A DNA stretch of 64,000 bases from Balamuthia mandrillaris (Eukaryota): the NCBI GenBank assembly GCA_031835245.2, contig JAVKOQ020000024.1, positions 1 to 64,000 on the forward strand. Direction: 5' to 3'. How positions within the stretch are numbered: the first letter of the stretch is position 1; every line of letters begins with the position of its first letter. Both the position numbers and the translations under genes were made by a program. A model generated the notes under the pieces. The model was not told the DNA's origin and searched no databases. It was given only the letters and a program-made list of their open reading frames with translations. This document shows positions 23,231 through 34,065 of this stretch, piece by piece.

Positions 23231-24362
23231 TCAGAACTTTTCCGAGTACGGTCTTAGGTCCAGTTCATGGGTCCAAGTGGTCTGGCGTTGGCAATAGAGA
23301 TAAAATCGAAATTCAGCCCAGCTGTGTTAGAGCTCAAGAAGGAGTCGCGAGGACGATCTGGTTGCGCCTGGACGAAGTAAAACTGTTAAAGCTAGTGAGA
23401 ATGGTTTTGTGTATTCCTTACCCCAACTTGGTATTCGTTATCAATCTGCCCATCGATAATGACGTGAGCCACATGAACGCCTTTTGGACCATACTCTCTT
23501 GCCATGGACTGAGCCAGCGACCTCAACCCCATCTTTCCAACTGACTGTACGGTTTGTTCGTTTGTTGTTGGGAAATGTTAATATGGCAAGCCAACAGTGA
23601 CAAGAGAGAGTGGAAGAGAGAACGAGCGAGAATAGCAGTAGAAACAAACCAAACAGGAAAAGTTGGCAGAACCACGTAATGAGGCAGTGGCTCCCGTGAA
23701 GATTATTGTGCCTCGTTTCTGTTCAAGCATGTGAGGCAGAACCTGTTGCACCGCCAGGAAACCTCCGAAACAATTGCTCTTCCAACATTGCTTTTCGTGC
23801 CCGGTAACAAAGAGATTAAGAAGTGAGCACAAATGAGAGAACGAGGGGAAAGAGATAGCAGTAGAGGGCAAACAAAGTTAGGATGGAATAGAGAGAAGAG
23901 AACAGATGAGAAGGAAGAACGTGAGAAACCAGAGAGGAAAGGGTAAGTTTGGGTGATTTACCTCAAAAGTTTCTGGAGATATATCGAGAATGCCTCCTCG
24001 CTTGTAGGAACCGGCGTTGTAGATCATGACCTCGGGGTGTCCCAGCCTCTCCACAACCGTCTTGAAGCTCTGCTCCATGGCCTGAGGGTCGGTTGCGTTG
24101 GTGGGCACGCACAGCAGGGATTCTCTTGGCAGCCCTCCTTGTTGGCTGATGCTGTCCGCAACAGCCTCCAGCTTTTCCTTGGAGCGAGCAAGCAGTGCCA
24201 CCGAGAAGCCTTGTTTTGCAAATCTTTTTGGCAAGGAAACAGCTCAGGCAAGGGAACAAGAGCAATGAACTCGAAACTCGGGTCTTACCTTTGCGCTACA
24301 GCACGACCAAGGCCAGGACCTGCACCTACAACAACGCACACACGAGATAGGGTTTGCTCCAT
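23231..24362 (-). CDS. Short-chain dehydrogenase/reductase (SDR)
   Basis: MEQTLSRVCVVVGAGPGLGRAVAQR|FAKQGFSVALLAR, MIYNAG, GTIIFTGATASLRG, KFGLR-type segment leading to QSMAREYGPKGVHVAHVIIDG, and C-terminal WTHELDLRPYSEKF*. Confidence 0.93.
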
Positions 24363-24408
24363 GTTTGTTTGTATGTTTGTTAGTTTGAGTAATTATACCC
24401 TCAGTCTC

Positions 24409-24451
<43 letters not shown>

Positions 24452-24578
24452 CTTGGTTGCTTCCACTAGGAGGAGTATGTAGGCGTCTCACGCATTACTC
24501 CATCAGCAAAAAAAAAAAACAAAAACAGAACACGAATCAAATCGGGTTCTTTTTCGAAGGGATATCCCCGATGCAACC

Positions 24579-24671
24579 TGACGTCATCCCTTCGGAAAGA
24601 AAAAAGAACAAATTCCCCGAACCCACGGGGAAATGAAAACGTGACGTCACGAGTGCCTATTTCCGTCGACA
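24579..24671. promoter_or_regulatory. Divergent SDR/Rab1 promoter with two CRE-type TGACGTCA palindromes and a GTCGAC motif
   Basis: TGACGTCA at 24579-24586; CGTGACGTCACG at 24640-24651; CGTCGACA at 24664-24671. All lie between two head-to-head genes. Confidence 0.55.
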
Positions 24672-24910
24672 TATTTCGAATGAGGGTTCTCCCCCCGTTG
24701 GAATAGTCAGGATTTGGCCTTGCTTTCCAAAGGAAAGCAAAGGAAAAAGCCAAAGGAAAAACAGAAAAAAAAAAGTAGCGCGGCGTCTTTTGTTGCAGAG
24801 GAGAACTAGAGAGAGAGAGAGAGAAGCCAACGTCTGTTTTTCTATTTATTTTTAGATTTTAGAGATTTTTGGTGGTGGGTAGTATCAAAAAAAAAAAAAC
24901 AAAACAAAGA

Positions 24911-25805
24911 ATGGCGTCCGTGGACTATGACTACCTCTTTAAAATCCTGTTGATCGGCGACTCGGGCGTGGGCAAGTCGGCGCTGCTGCTGCGTTTTGCG
25001 GACGACGACTACTCGGACACGTTTATCAGCACCATTGGGGTGGACTTTAAGATCAGAACCATTGAGCTGGACGGCAAAGTGGTGAAGCTTCAGGTGTGGG
25101 ACACAGCCGGTCAGGAGAAGTTCAAGTATGTTTCTTTTTTTCTTGTTTGGAATTTGTTGTTCTCTCTTCTCCCCCCCTCTCTTGTTTTTCCCCTTTTCAT
25201 TGTCGTATCGTTTCGATTTGTTGTTTGTTCTTTCTGTTGGTTTGATGTTAGCCCTTGCATGATTTTTTTTTTTGTTGTTTTTTTCTCTTTTTTTCCTCCA
25301 AACAACCAACCCAATCTAATCATCATACGTATCGATCGACAAATCAAAAAAAAAAAAAAACAGAACCATCACAAGCAGCTACTACAGAGGCGCACACGGC
25401 ATCATCATAGCCTATGACGTGACGGACGAGGCCTCCTTTAGCCACGTCAAGACCTGGATCGGGGAGATTGAGAAGTATGCCAGCGACAACGTGACCAAGC
25501 TGCTGGTCGGCACCAAGTGCGACCTGGAGACCAAGCGAGTGGTGGAGGAGAAGCGCGGTCGGGCCCTCGCCGAGGAGCTCGGCATGAACTTTGTGGAGAC
25601 CTCGGCCAAGGCCAACACCAACGTGGAGAAGGCCTTTGAGACCATGGCCCGCGAGATCAAGAAGACCATGAAGCCAAACAACGGGGCGGGAGCCGGAGCG
25701 GGATCTGGGGCTGGAGCGGGATCTGGTGCGGGACGAGGGACCGGTGGACGGGGCGTTGATCTTTCTGGAAGCACAGCAGTGGAAGAGGGTGGTTGTGCTT
25801 GCTAA
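24911..25805 (+). CDS. RAB1: Rab1-like small GTPase (2 exons; intron 25126-25363)
   Basis: [61 protein letters not shown] and C-terminal CAC prenylation motif. Confidence 0.93.
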
Positions 25806-25916
25806 AGAAGAGAGAGACAGCGACAGAGGAAAGACGGAGAAGAAAGATATTTTTGTTGTTTGGAGAGTGTAGAAAAAAAAAAGGGGATGTTTTTTTTCTT
25901 TTATACTTGCTTACAG

Positions 25917-28264
25917 TTATGAGGCAGAAGAGGCAGAAGGAAAAGAAAGACGATGATGAGCGTTGTTCCAGAACTTGAGGCGCTCCCGGTTGCTGATGAG
26001 GCTGAAGAAAGAAGAGTCCTCCGCAGTGGCTTGGCCCACCCAACACAACACCAATTGTTTTGCTTTCACCTTTTTTTTGTTGTTGTTTGAGTGGAATGAG
26101 AAAGAGCCGATAGCGAAAGAAAGAGCAAACAATGAAAGAGAAAGGAAGAGAGATAAAGATACCCATTGGTTCTCGTTCATGCTCGTCAGCGTGCGACCCA
26201 CAAAGTCAAACAGTTCCTTTGAAAAGTCATCACCGCTGTTGCTGTGGTTCTTCTGGCTTTCCTCTTTGGTTGCTTCCTCCGTTTTGCGTCGGTCTTCTTT
26301 CGCTGCGGCTGCATCAAACAGACGAAACGACGTCTCCTCGATGATGGTGAGGAAAAGCGGGATCATTTGTTGGGAGAAGAACGGAAGATATTGCTGCAGC
26401 TTGGCAAAGACTCTGCGTTGGCTGTTGTTGGCTTTGTGATGCATTGCCAAGTCGGACAACTCCCTGTAACTTGCTTCGATCTGTAATGCGGTTTGTTTTT
26501 GTTTAACAACAACTGGCAAAATGAAAACAGAACAGAGAGAGAGAAATGACGTACTTGAGAGATGATAGAGATACAATCGGATACGACCTCGTGCAATAGG
26601 TGAATGACGCAGAGCTCATACTTGGAGGGATGGACTTTTCTGGGCAATAGTGCAAGCCCACTATTCGCTGCTTCGTCTTCTTCGTCTTTCTCTTCCTTTT
26701 CTTTGTTGTTCTTTCGGTTGTCGTGATGATGGAGAAGAGGAGTAACGCCAAAACGAGTTTGCAAGTAACTCTTTGCTTCTTCTATAATTGCATTCACCCT
26801 ATCTGACATTATCTCTTCATCCTCTTCTTTTTTTTCTTCCTTCTTTTTTTCTATCTTCTGGGTTCCTTCTTGCTTCGTTTCGTTCGGTTCTGCTCTTCGT
26901 TGTCGTTGTTTCTTGTGTTCATCTTCTCTTTGTTTTTGTTCGATTCGAAAGACGTTCACATCATATTCGACGAGTCGATTGAGGGAGATCCATGCTTCGC
27001 GACATTGAAGCGTCTTTCTGTGAAGAAAACTGACTGGATGAAAAAAAGAGATGTACGGCCGTTTTTCTATCCACCATAAACATTTCTCAGCAAGTGGAGA
27101 ATGCTCATTCATCTTCTCTTTCAAAGAAGAAGAAGAAGAAGAAGAAGAAGAAGAAGAAGAAGAAGAAGAAGAACAAGAAGAAAGAGAAGAAGAAAGAGGA
27201 GGTGGGGAAAGATATTTGAAACAAAGAGCGAGAGAGATGGTGAAGAGAAAATCAGTAAGATGCTTGCTTAGAGAGGCGCTGTGAGCAACTCCATGCGATA
27301 ACTGTAATAGAGGGGGTAAGACAAATAGAAGAACCACAACAGGAGCAAGAAAAACAACAAACAGCAAATGGACCTTGATTCTCAAACGAGGTCCTTCAGC
27401 TCGTTCGAACAAGTCAAGCAGAGCATGCATGAGAGGAGCACCAAACTCATTACACAAAAGATTAGGCTGACCGTCTTCAAGCTTCTCACTCAACAGCAAA
27501 TCCAGTGTTGTATAATGTGTTGCTGGTTCTTTTCAGTTTGAATATCATGTGATTAGAACGTTGAAGGAGAAGAGAACGAGCGAAAGAAACTATAAAAAAC
27601 CTGCAGTCAAAATACGATCAGGACAATTGTTTACACGGACAAAAACTTGCCGAATGCCGTGCTCCAATTGAGGCAGCAACAAAACGAGGCAGCGATGGTG
27701 TCTGTGTTGTAGCAATTCCTCCGACACTTCAGTAGTTGTATCCTCCTCATCATCTTTACATTGCTCTTGCCGTATAGCGAACCATTCTTGTGTTGCCTCT
27801 TTCCACAGATCTACTCGTTGTGGTAATACAAACCAGCTTCGTTCGAATAAGGAATAGAGTTCTAGCAAATCGCTCTTTGGAAGCATTCCTATGATACTCG
27901 TCAGAAGAAACGAAGAAAAAGGAGAAAAAATGAGAGAAAGGAGAGGGAGAGAAGAGGGAGAGGGAGGAGAGAGGGGAGGGAGAGGGAGAGGGAGAGGGAG
28001 AGGGAGAGGGAGAGGGAGAGGAGAGGGAGAGGGAGAGGAGAGGAGAGGGAGAGGGAGAGGAGAGGGAGAGGAGAGGAGAGGGAGAGGGAGAGGGAGAGGG
28101 AGAGGGAGAGAGGGAGAGGAGGAGAGGGAGGAGAGGGAGAGGGAGAGGGAGAGGGAGAGGGAGAGGAGAGGGAGAGGGAGAGGGAGAGGGAGAGGGAGAG
28201 GGAGAGGGAGAGGGAGAGGGAGTAACGGAAGCAAAGCAGGGAGTTCTAAAGCAAGTGAGGAGTG

Positions 28265-28303
<39 letters not shown>

Positions 28304-29875
28304 GAAATACCAAGCAAGGAAACACGAGGACTGCCCAAAGCAATCATAGAATCATCCCACACTTTATCCATGCGTTCCATGCGCCGAGGATGACCAAGAA
28401 ACACTCCCTGGTACTTAGCAAGTCTGCCTTTCTTGGCTTGTTGCTTCTTGGTTCCTCCTAATCCTTTCTTTTCTTTGGTTGCGTTATTACTTGCCTCTCT
28501 TCTTTCCCCATCTATTTCTACTTGTTTTCTCCATTTACAAAAAGCAGACAACATCGATTCTATCTCACTTTCTTCGTCATCTTCTTCTTCGTCATCATTG
28601 CCACCTTCGTTTTCTTTGTTTTTTCTTTCTCCTCCTTTTCCAGCTTCTTTGCTCGAACCAGCAGAAGCAGAAGAAGAACTAGATGGTTGATTAGAGAGGA
28701 AATGTCCAAGCGAGCAAACGAGACAAAGCAAAAGAGAGGACCATGCCCCATGGAACTCATGTGTGGATAGAAATCCATGCCAACATACATTACGAAGATT
28801 GATGCCACTCGGTGGACCTATTACTGTTCTCAACAAATATATCTGCACCAAGTAAATAAAGAAAAGAAAGAAAGGAACGACAAGAAAGAAGAAGCATACC
28901 ACATCGGGACCGAATATTTCAAGAAGAACAGGATGAACAAGAAGATCGTTCAATCGTCGTGGTACTCGTTCCCGCCCTTGGCTTTTCCAAAACACTGTTA
29001 TTTTGTTTTTAATAAACAGTTTTCAATAAAGAACAAAGAAGAAGAACAAGAACAAGAACAAAATGAAAAAATAATGAACATAGACGCTAACACAACACAA
29101 CAAACCCAGGTCACCGAGAGTACGCTCCAAGTAGCTTACCGCTATGCAAAAGAAGACCAGCGGGCTGCCTTGATGATATTCCTTCAGCAACTTTTCGCCA
29201 AACGTCTGTTCTTGGTTGTATGTGATATGATGCGTTTAGAAACCACAAGAAAGGAAGAAAGAAGAAAAAAAAAACAAGGAGAGAGAGAGTGAGAGAGAGA
29301 GGGAGAGCGAGAGAGAACAACAAGGAAAGCAACGGTACGTGGTCAGCATTTCTCAGCCAGCAAAGCCGCTCCAACAGCATGTTCCCATCGAGAGAAAACC
29401 CCAAAGTCCCATCCGACGCGACAGCGGCCGGCGCCCACCCGCTCTTCATGTGGTGGTGTATGAGCACGGCCGCCCTTTTGACCCTCCACATGGCCACGAA
29501 GAACTCTTTGAAGTAGGTCCAGCTGCTGATCTCCTGCTGGGTGGGTCCCACCTTCAGCCCTTCCTCTTGCCTCGCTTGGACCTGCTTCCGCAGGAGCGAC
29601 CATGACTCATCCCCCTCCTCTTCCGCTCGTTCTCCCTCTAGTGGTTGGCCCCACGCACACAGCGAAGCAACGTTCCAATAGGTCTTAAAAGATAACAGAG
29701 GAAGAAAAGAGGGAGGAGGAGGAGAAGAAGGGCAGGACAGAAGCACCTGCTGCAGAAGAGAGAGGCGATGGGGAAGTTGGAGTACGAGCTCGTCTTCCGC
29801 CTGGATGAGCACCATGGTGGCGACCATCGGCGACAATGAAGAGGAAGAGGAGACGCTGTTCTCTTCTTCTTTCAT
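25917..29875 (-). CDS. ERMARD: ERMARD-like (C6orf70, DUF4209-containing) protein, multi-exon
   Basis: VPRRLNDLL...[58 protein letters not shown] and [14 protein letters not shown] match recalled ERMARD motifs. Confidence 0.8.
27945..28300. repeat. Intronic (GAGAGG)n hexamer array followed by an (AG)n microsatellite
   Basis: About 270 bp of almost pure purine GAGAGG units, then (AG)n. It explains the spurious LPLP/SPSP/GRGR ORFs here. Confidence 0.95.
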
Positions 29876-30024
29876 CTTTTTGCTTTCTGTCTTTTGTCTG
29901 CTGACTAATTAGTCGTCATCCATTTCCTTTGTTGGTAATGGATGACGTGACATTTCCCTTTTTGAAACTACATGACGTCACTAAGTTCCCGGAAGTGAAG
30001 ACAGACAGAAGGAACCTCGGATCA

Positions 30025-30206
30025 TAAGGATCAGTCGTGTCGTCTTGACCAAAAGGTCGACCGTTCCGGAACGCTTGATCTACGTGTGTTTTCCTGCTTT
30101 TGTTGACATGGTACAGATCAAGGGGATATTTTTTTTGTCGAGCAGGAAGCGGAGGTAGTGTCGCCGTTTGTCGTCGGCGACATGGTTTTGTATGGGTTTC
30201 CCTGCT
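30025..30206 (+). ncRNA. Candidate structured non-coding RNA of unknown family
   Basis: Successive stem-loops with G-U pairs favouring the + strand, separated by ATTTTTTTTG, directly downstream of TGACGTCA and CCGGAAGTG motifs. No known family was recognised. Confidence 0.3.
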
Positions 30207-30650
30207 AAAGTTTAGAAAGACATTTTTGTCTAAACATTTTTTGTAGACAGGCTGGGTTTTCCTTCAGGTTTGTCTTTATCTTTGCCTTGCCCTTGCTCTT
30301 TAACCTCACCCTCTTCACCCTCAGGTTCACCTTCACCCTCGTCCTCGCCCTCGCCCTCGCCCTCGCCCTCGCCCTTGCCCTTGCCCTCAAAGGAACAGTG
30401 TGAGCTCCAGAAAGAAAAACGACGGAAGCAGATGGCCAAGAGCAAACGGCATCTTCGAGCTCAGCAACAACAAGAAAAGGAGGAACAAGAAGCCAAGACA
30501 CGGCGCAAAAGGCAGCTCCAGAAAGAAAGAAACCAACGCCACCGAAACAAGTGCCTTTCAACACTACTTGCAGCATCACAAGCCACGAGCGCATCCGCCT
30601 TCCTGCTCTGCGCCTTTATCCTCAGCTCCGTGACGGGAGCAACCACCGCG

Positions 30651-30809
30651 GTCCTCTGCAGCGTGAGAGCACAAAAGCTGCACTTCAATAAAACACTTCT
30701 CAGTTTGTGCACATCCTCAGCACTTCTCACTTGCTGTCCTCTGCAGTGTGAGAGCACAAAAGCTGCAGCTTCAATAAAACTCTTCTCAATTTGTGCACAT
30801 ACTCAGCAC
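30651..30809. repeat. Imperfect tandem direct repeat, two copies of ~73 bp
   Basis: GTCCTCTGCAGyGTGAGAGCACAAAAGCTGCA(G)CTTCAATAAAAC..TTCTCArTTTGTGCACATmCTCAGCAC occurs at 30651-30723 and 30736-30809. Confidence 0.9.
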
Positions 30810-31532
30810 ATATTAAATCCCATAAAGTTTGTTAAGTTTCCATTCGAGTATGGGACGAACCTGAACAAACATTTCGGACTGTGGTTGACTCGGATTAATA
30901 CGCGACCTCATACGGAATAAAACCGAACCACGGAGAAGATATCAGGTTAGACCGTTTTGTCTATCACCAATCGCGCCAGCTTGCATCTTCCCCTCCCTGG
31001 ACAATATTGACCCTTTCCCCTAGTTTCAGTTTGAGACTTTATGGCCAATAGGAACTGCTTAAAATAATTCCAGGAACGCACGAGAATCCGAAAAAAGTTA
31101 TTGAACGGGAAAATAATGAAAATAATCCGCAAACAGAGGGACAAGGAAAAGGGAAAACAAAGTCCATTTGGCAGCCAACCCAAGGTGAGGACGGAGGGCA
31201 CACCGTTGTCATCGGCGATTTTCCAGTAATTTCGCCAACCCTAGCAGAAGGAATATTTTTTCCAAATATGGGCAAGTTATGGCGATCTTTCGAGCAGGAG
31301 GTTTAACGCGGGGCACGATAAATCGCCAGTTATCGGACTACCTTAACGACCTTGGCTTGGATAGTCCCCGACTGGTTCACTTCAGTGCTTCAAACAAAAA
31401 CGTTCCCCCTTTTTTTTTTTGTCAACTTTCCTTCCTCCCGAATACTTCACACTTTTCCCCGCTCTCTCCCCCGCTGCCTCTCCTTCCCCTTCGTTCAAGC
31501 AGTGGCACACACATACACATACACACCAAACA

Positions 31533-32550
31533 ATGGACCAACAGCAAGAACAGCCGCAACAGCTTCTTCAAAAGCTTACGCCTGAGCACCTGGCCGCTTG
31601 GGACAGGGACGGCTTCTTGGTGATCCCACGAGAGCAGCTCTGGACGGAGGAGCAGGTCAAGGAGATCGTGCAATGGACCACCGACGTTGGCAACTGGCCC
31701 GAGACCCCCGGCAAGTGGATGATGTACTTCTCCAAGTCCCTGAAGGACGGCTCCCGCCTGCTCCACCGCATAGAGAACTTTTTCGACTACCACCCTGAGT
31801 TCATGGAGCTCTTCAACTCGCCTCGCTTCCTGGGCTTCGTCTCCCAGCTCTTCGGCGAGCGTGCCCTGCTCTACAAGGAGAAGATCAACTTTAAGTACCC
31901 TGGAGGCGAGGGCTTTGAGCCGCACCAGGACCACGCCGCCGGCTGGTGGCTCTACGGACACACCCTTCACATCACCGCCTTGGTAACCGTCGATAAGGCC
32001 ACTGCCGCCAATGGTTCGTTGGTCAAAAAAAAAAAAACGACTTTCTTTCTCTATCACACGTTTTTTTCAAACGGCTTGGAGCAGTCCACTTTCTGTCCTC
32101 ACTCTGTGGGTTTTCTCGCTAACCCCTTTTTTTTTTTTGTTGACTGCCCTCTCATAGGAGCTTTGGAGGTAGTGGCTGGCCGACACAAGGAAGGACTGTT
32201 GGGAGGCAAGTTCGAGGCCGTGCCCAAGGAGGAAGTGGATAAGATGACATGGATACTCACCGAGACCAACCCTGGTGACTTGGTCTTTTTCGACTCGTTC
32301 GTGCCGCACCGCTCCGCCCCCAACCTCTCGGATGAGCCCCGGCGGGTGCTCTACGTGACCTACAACAAAGCAAGCGAGGGCGATTACCGAGTGCAGTACT
32401 ACCAAGACAAGCGAAAGAGCTATCCTCCCGGTACCGTTCATTCTCTCTTCTCCTCTATTCTTTTTTTTTTGTTTATCAGAACGCTTACCCCTCTTGTTTG
32501 TCTCAGACTGTGAAAGAGAGGAGGGCAAGAACTATGAGTACAAGATCTGA
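31533..32550 (+). CDS. Phytanoyl-CoA dioxygenase (PhyH) family Fe(II)/2-oxoglutarate dioxygenase (3 exons)
   Basis: WDRDGFLVI, LYKEKINFKYPGGEGFEPHQD (HxD), ANG|ALEV, PGDLVFFDSFVPHRSAPNLSDEPRR (distal His plus Arg); ends PP|DCEREEGKNYEYKI*. Confidence 0.93.
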
Positions 32551-32564
32551 AAAAACAAACAAAC

Positions 32565-32607
<43 letters not shown>

Positions 32608-32929
32608 AACACTGCCACAAAAAAAAAAATAATTTTTTATTTAAAAATAAACGAAGGAAGGAAAAGAGTGACAAAGAGTCGTGTTTGCCCAAACAAAGAG
32701 AAACCACCAATGAGTAATTCTCCCTCGGGCTTTCGGCGAGATAAAAAGACCGAGGAAATGTCGACAAAAGGCGGACCCGGCACCCCTCGTGTTATGTCTA
32801 CAGAAATTTATTTTTTTTGGCGGGAAGAGAAAGTGTTTTTGGCGGGCTTTTTCTTTGCAAGTCATTTTCGGCAGCCGAAAAGAGAGAGAAAGAGAGAGAG
32901 AGGAGAGAAAGACTCTACAGAAAAAAAAA

Positions 32930-33728
32930 ATGAACGCAGCAGCCATTCAAAAAGTAGTGGAGAGCCAGCTGTTGAAGGCGGCGCAGGAGGTGGAGGAGCG
33001 GCTGGACTCGGAGCTGGACGCCTTGGAGCGGTTGGACGAGGATGACCTGGAGGCGCTGCGGGAGAGGCGCCTCCAGCAGATGAAGCGGCAGGCCCAGAAG
33101 AAGCAGGAGTGGAAGGCCAAAGGGCACGGCGTCTACTCGGAGGTCCCCGATCAACCCGGCTTTTTCGCGGCCACCAAAGAGAGCGAGGTGGTCATTTGTC
33201 ACTTTTATCGCGCCACAACTTGGAGGTAAGCTTTCTCTTCTCTCTACTTTTTTCTTCCTCAACAAATCCACCGCTCATCCGTGATTTTTCGATGATGTTA
33301 ACGAACAAAAAAAAAGATGTGGAATCGTAGATAAACATTTGACGGAGCTGGCTCCTCGCCACTTGGAGGCACGTTTCATCAAGCTGGACGCAGAGAAGAG
33401 TCCCTTCCTGGTGGAACGGCTGAACATCTGGATGCTGCCCACCATCCTCGTCATAAAGAACGGAGAGACGTGCGACAGGATCGAGGGCTTTGACTCGTTG
33501 GGCGGCGTGGATGACTTTCCCACCTCGGCCATGGCGCGGCGGCTGGCCAAGAAGGGAGCCATTCGCATGACACAGGAGGAGGAGGTGGACGAGGAAGACG
33601 GGGGAAGCATGGGAGGCAGAGGAGCGGGGCGTATCGCGCTGCGAAGGGCAGGCAAGCAGAGAGCAGAGGACTACGTTGGGGCTGGCGATGAGAGGGAACG
33701 GCAAGAAGAGGACGATTGGTTTGACTGA
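32930..33728 (+). CDS. TXNDC9: Thioredoxin domain-containing protein 9 / phosducin-like protein 3 (2 exons)
   Basis: DDLEALRERRLQQMK, GHGVYSEV, VICHFY...WR|CGIVDKHLTELAPRHLEARFIKLDAEKSPFLVERLNIWMLPT, GFDSLGGVDDFPT. Confidence 0.93.
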
Positions 33729-33989
33729 ATAAAAAAAAAAGACTAAAATAAAATAGAAAGGACTCAAATCCACTTTGGCTGCTTCCTTTCTGCTCTGCTC
33801 TCTGCTTTGTACCCCGGTGTTATTTTTCTTACTCCGAGCGTTCTGGTTCTGATTGCCTCGGGCTCTCTCTTCTCTTGTCCTAAGCTTTTTATTCTCCATT
33901 GTTCTCCTCTCCTTCCATCGTTCTCTCTTGTTGGTCATTATATTCACTCTCGGCTCGTTCTCTAATCTCTCTCTCTTCTCTCTCTCTCT

Positions 33990-34031
<42 letters not shown>

Positions 34032-34065
34032 CTTCTCTCTCTTTCTTTCCTCTCTCCAGTCAACG

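Noticed and set aside
27756..28349. ORFs with LPLP/SPSP/GRGR repeats
   Set aside because: Translations of an intronic GAGAGG satellite, not genes.
30651..30809. Direct repeats as a CRISPR-like array
   Set aside because: Only two ~73-bp copies with a ~12-bp gap, eukaryotic context and no cas genes.
31190..31380. TPP riboswitch upstream of the dioxygenase
   Set aside because: No CTGAGA / ACCTGAT / GCGNAGG core on either strand.
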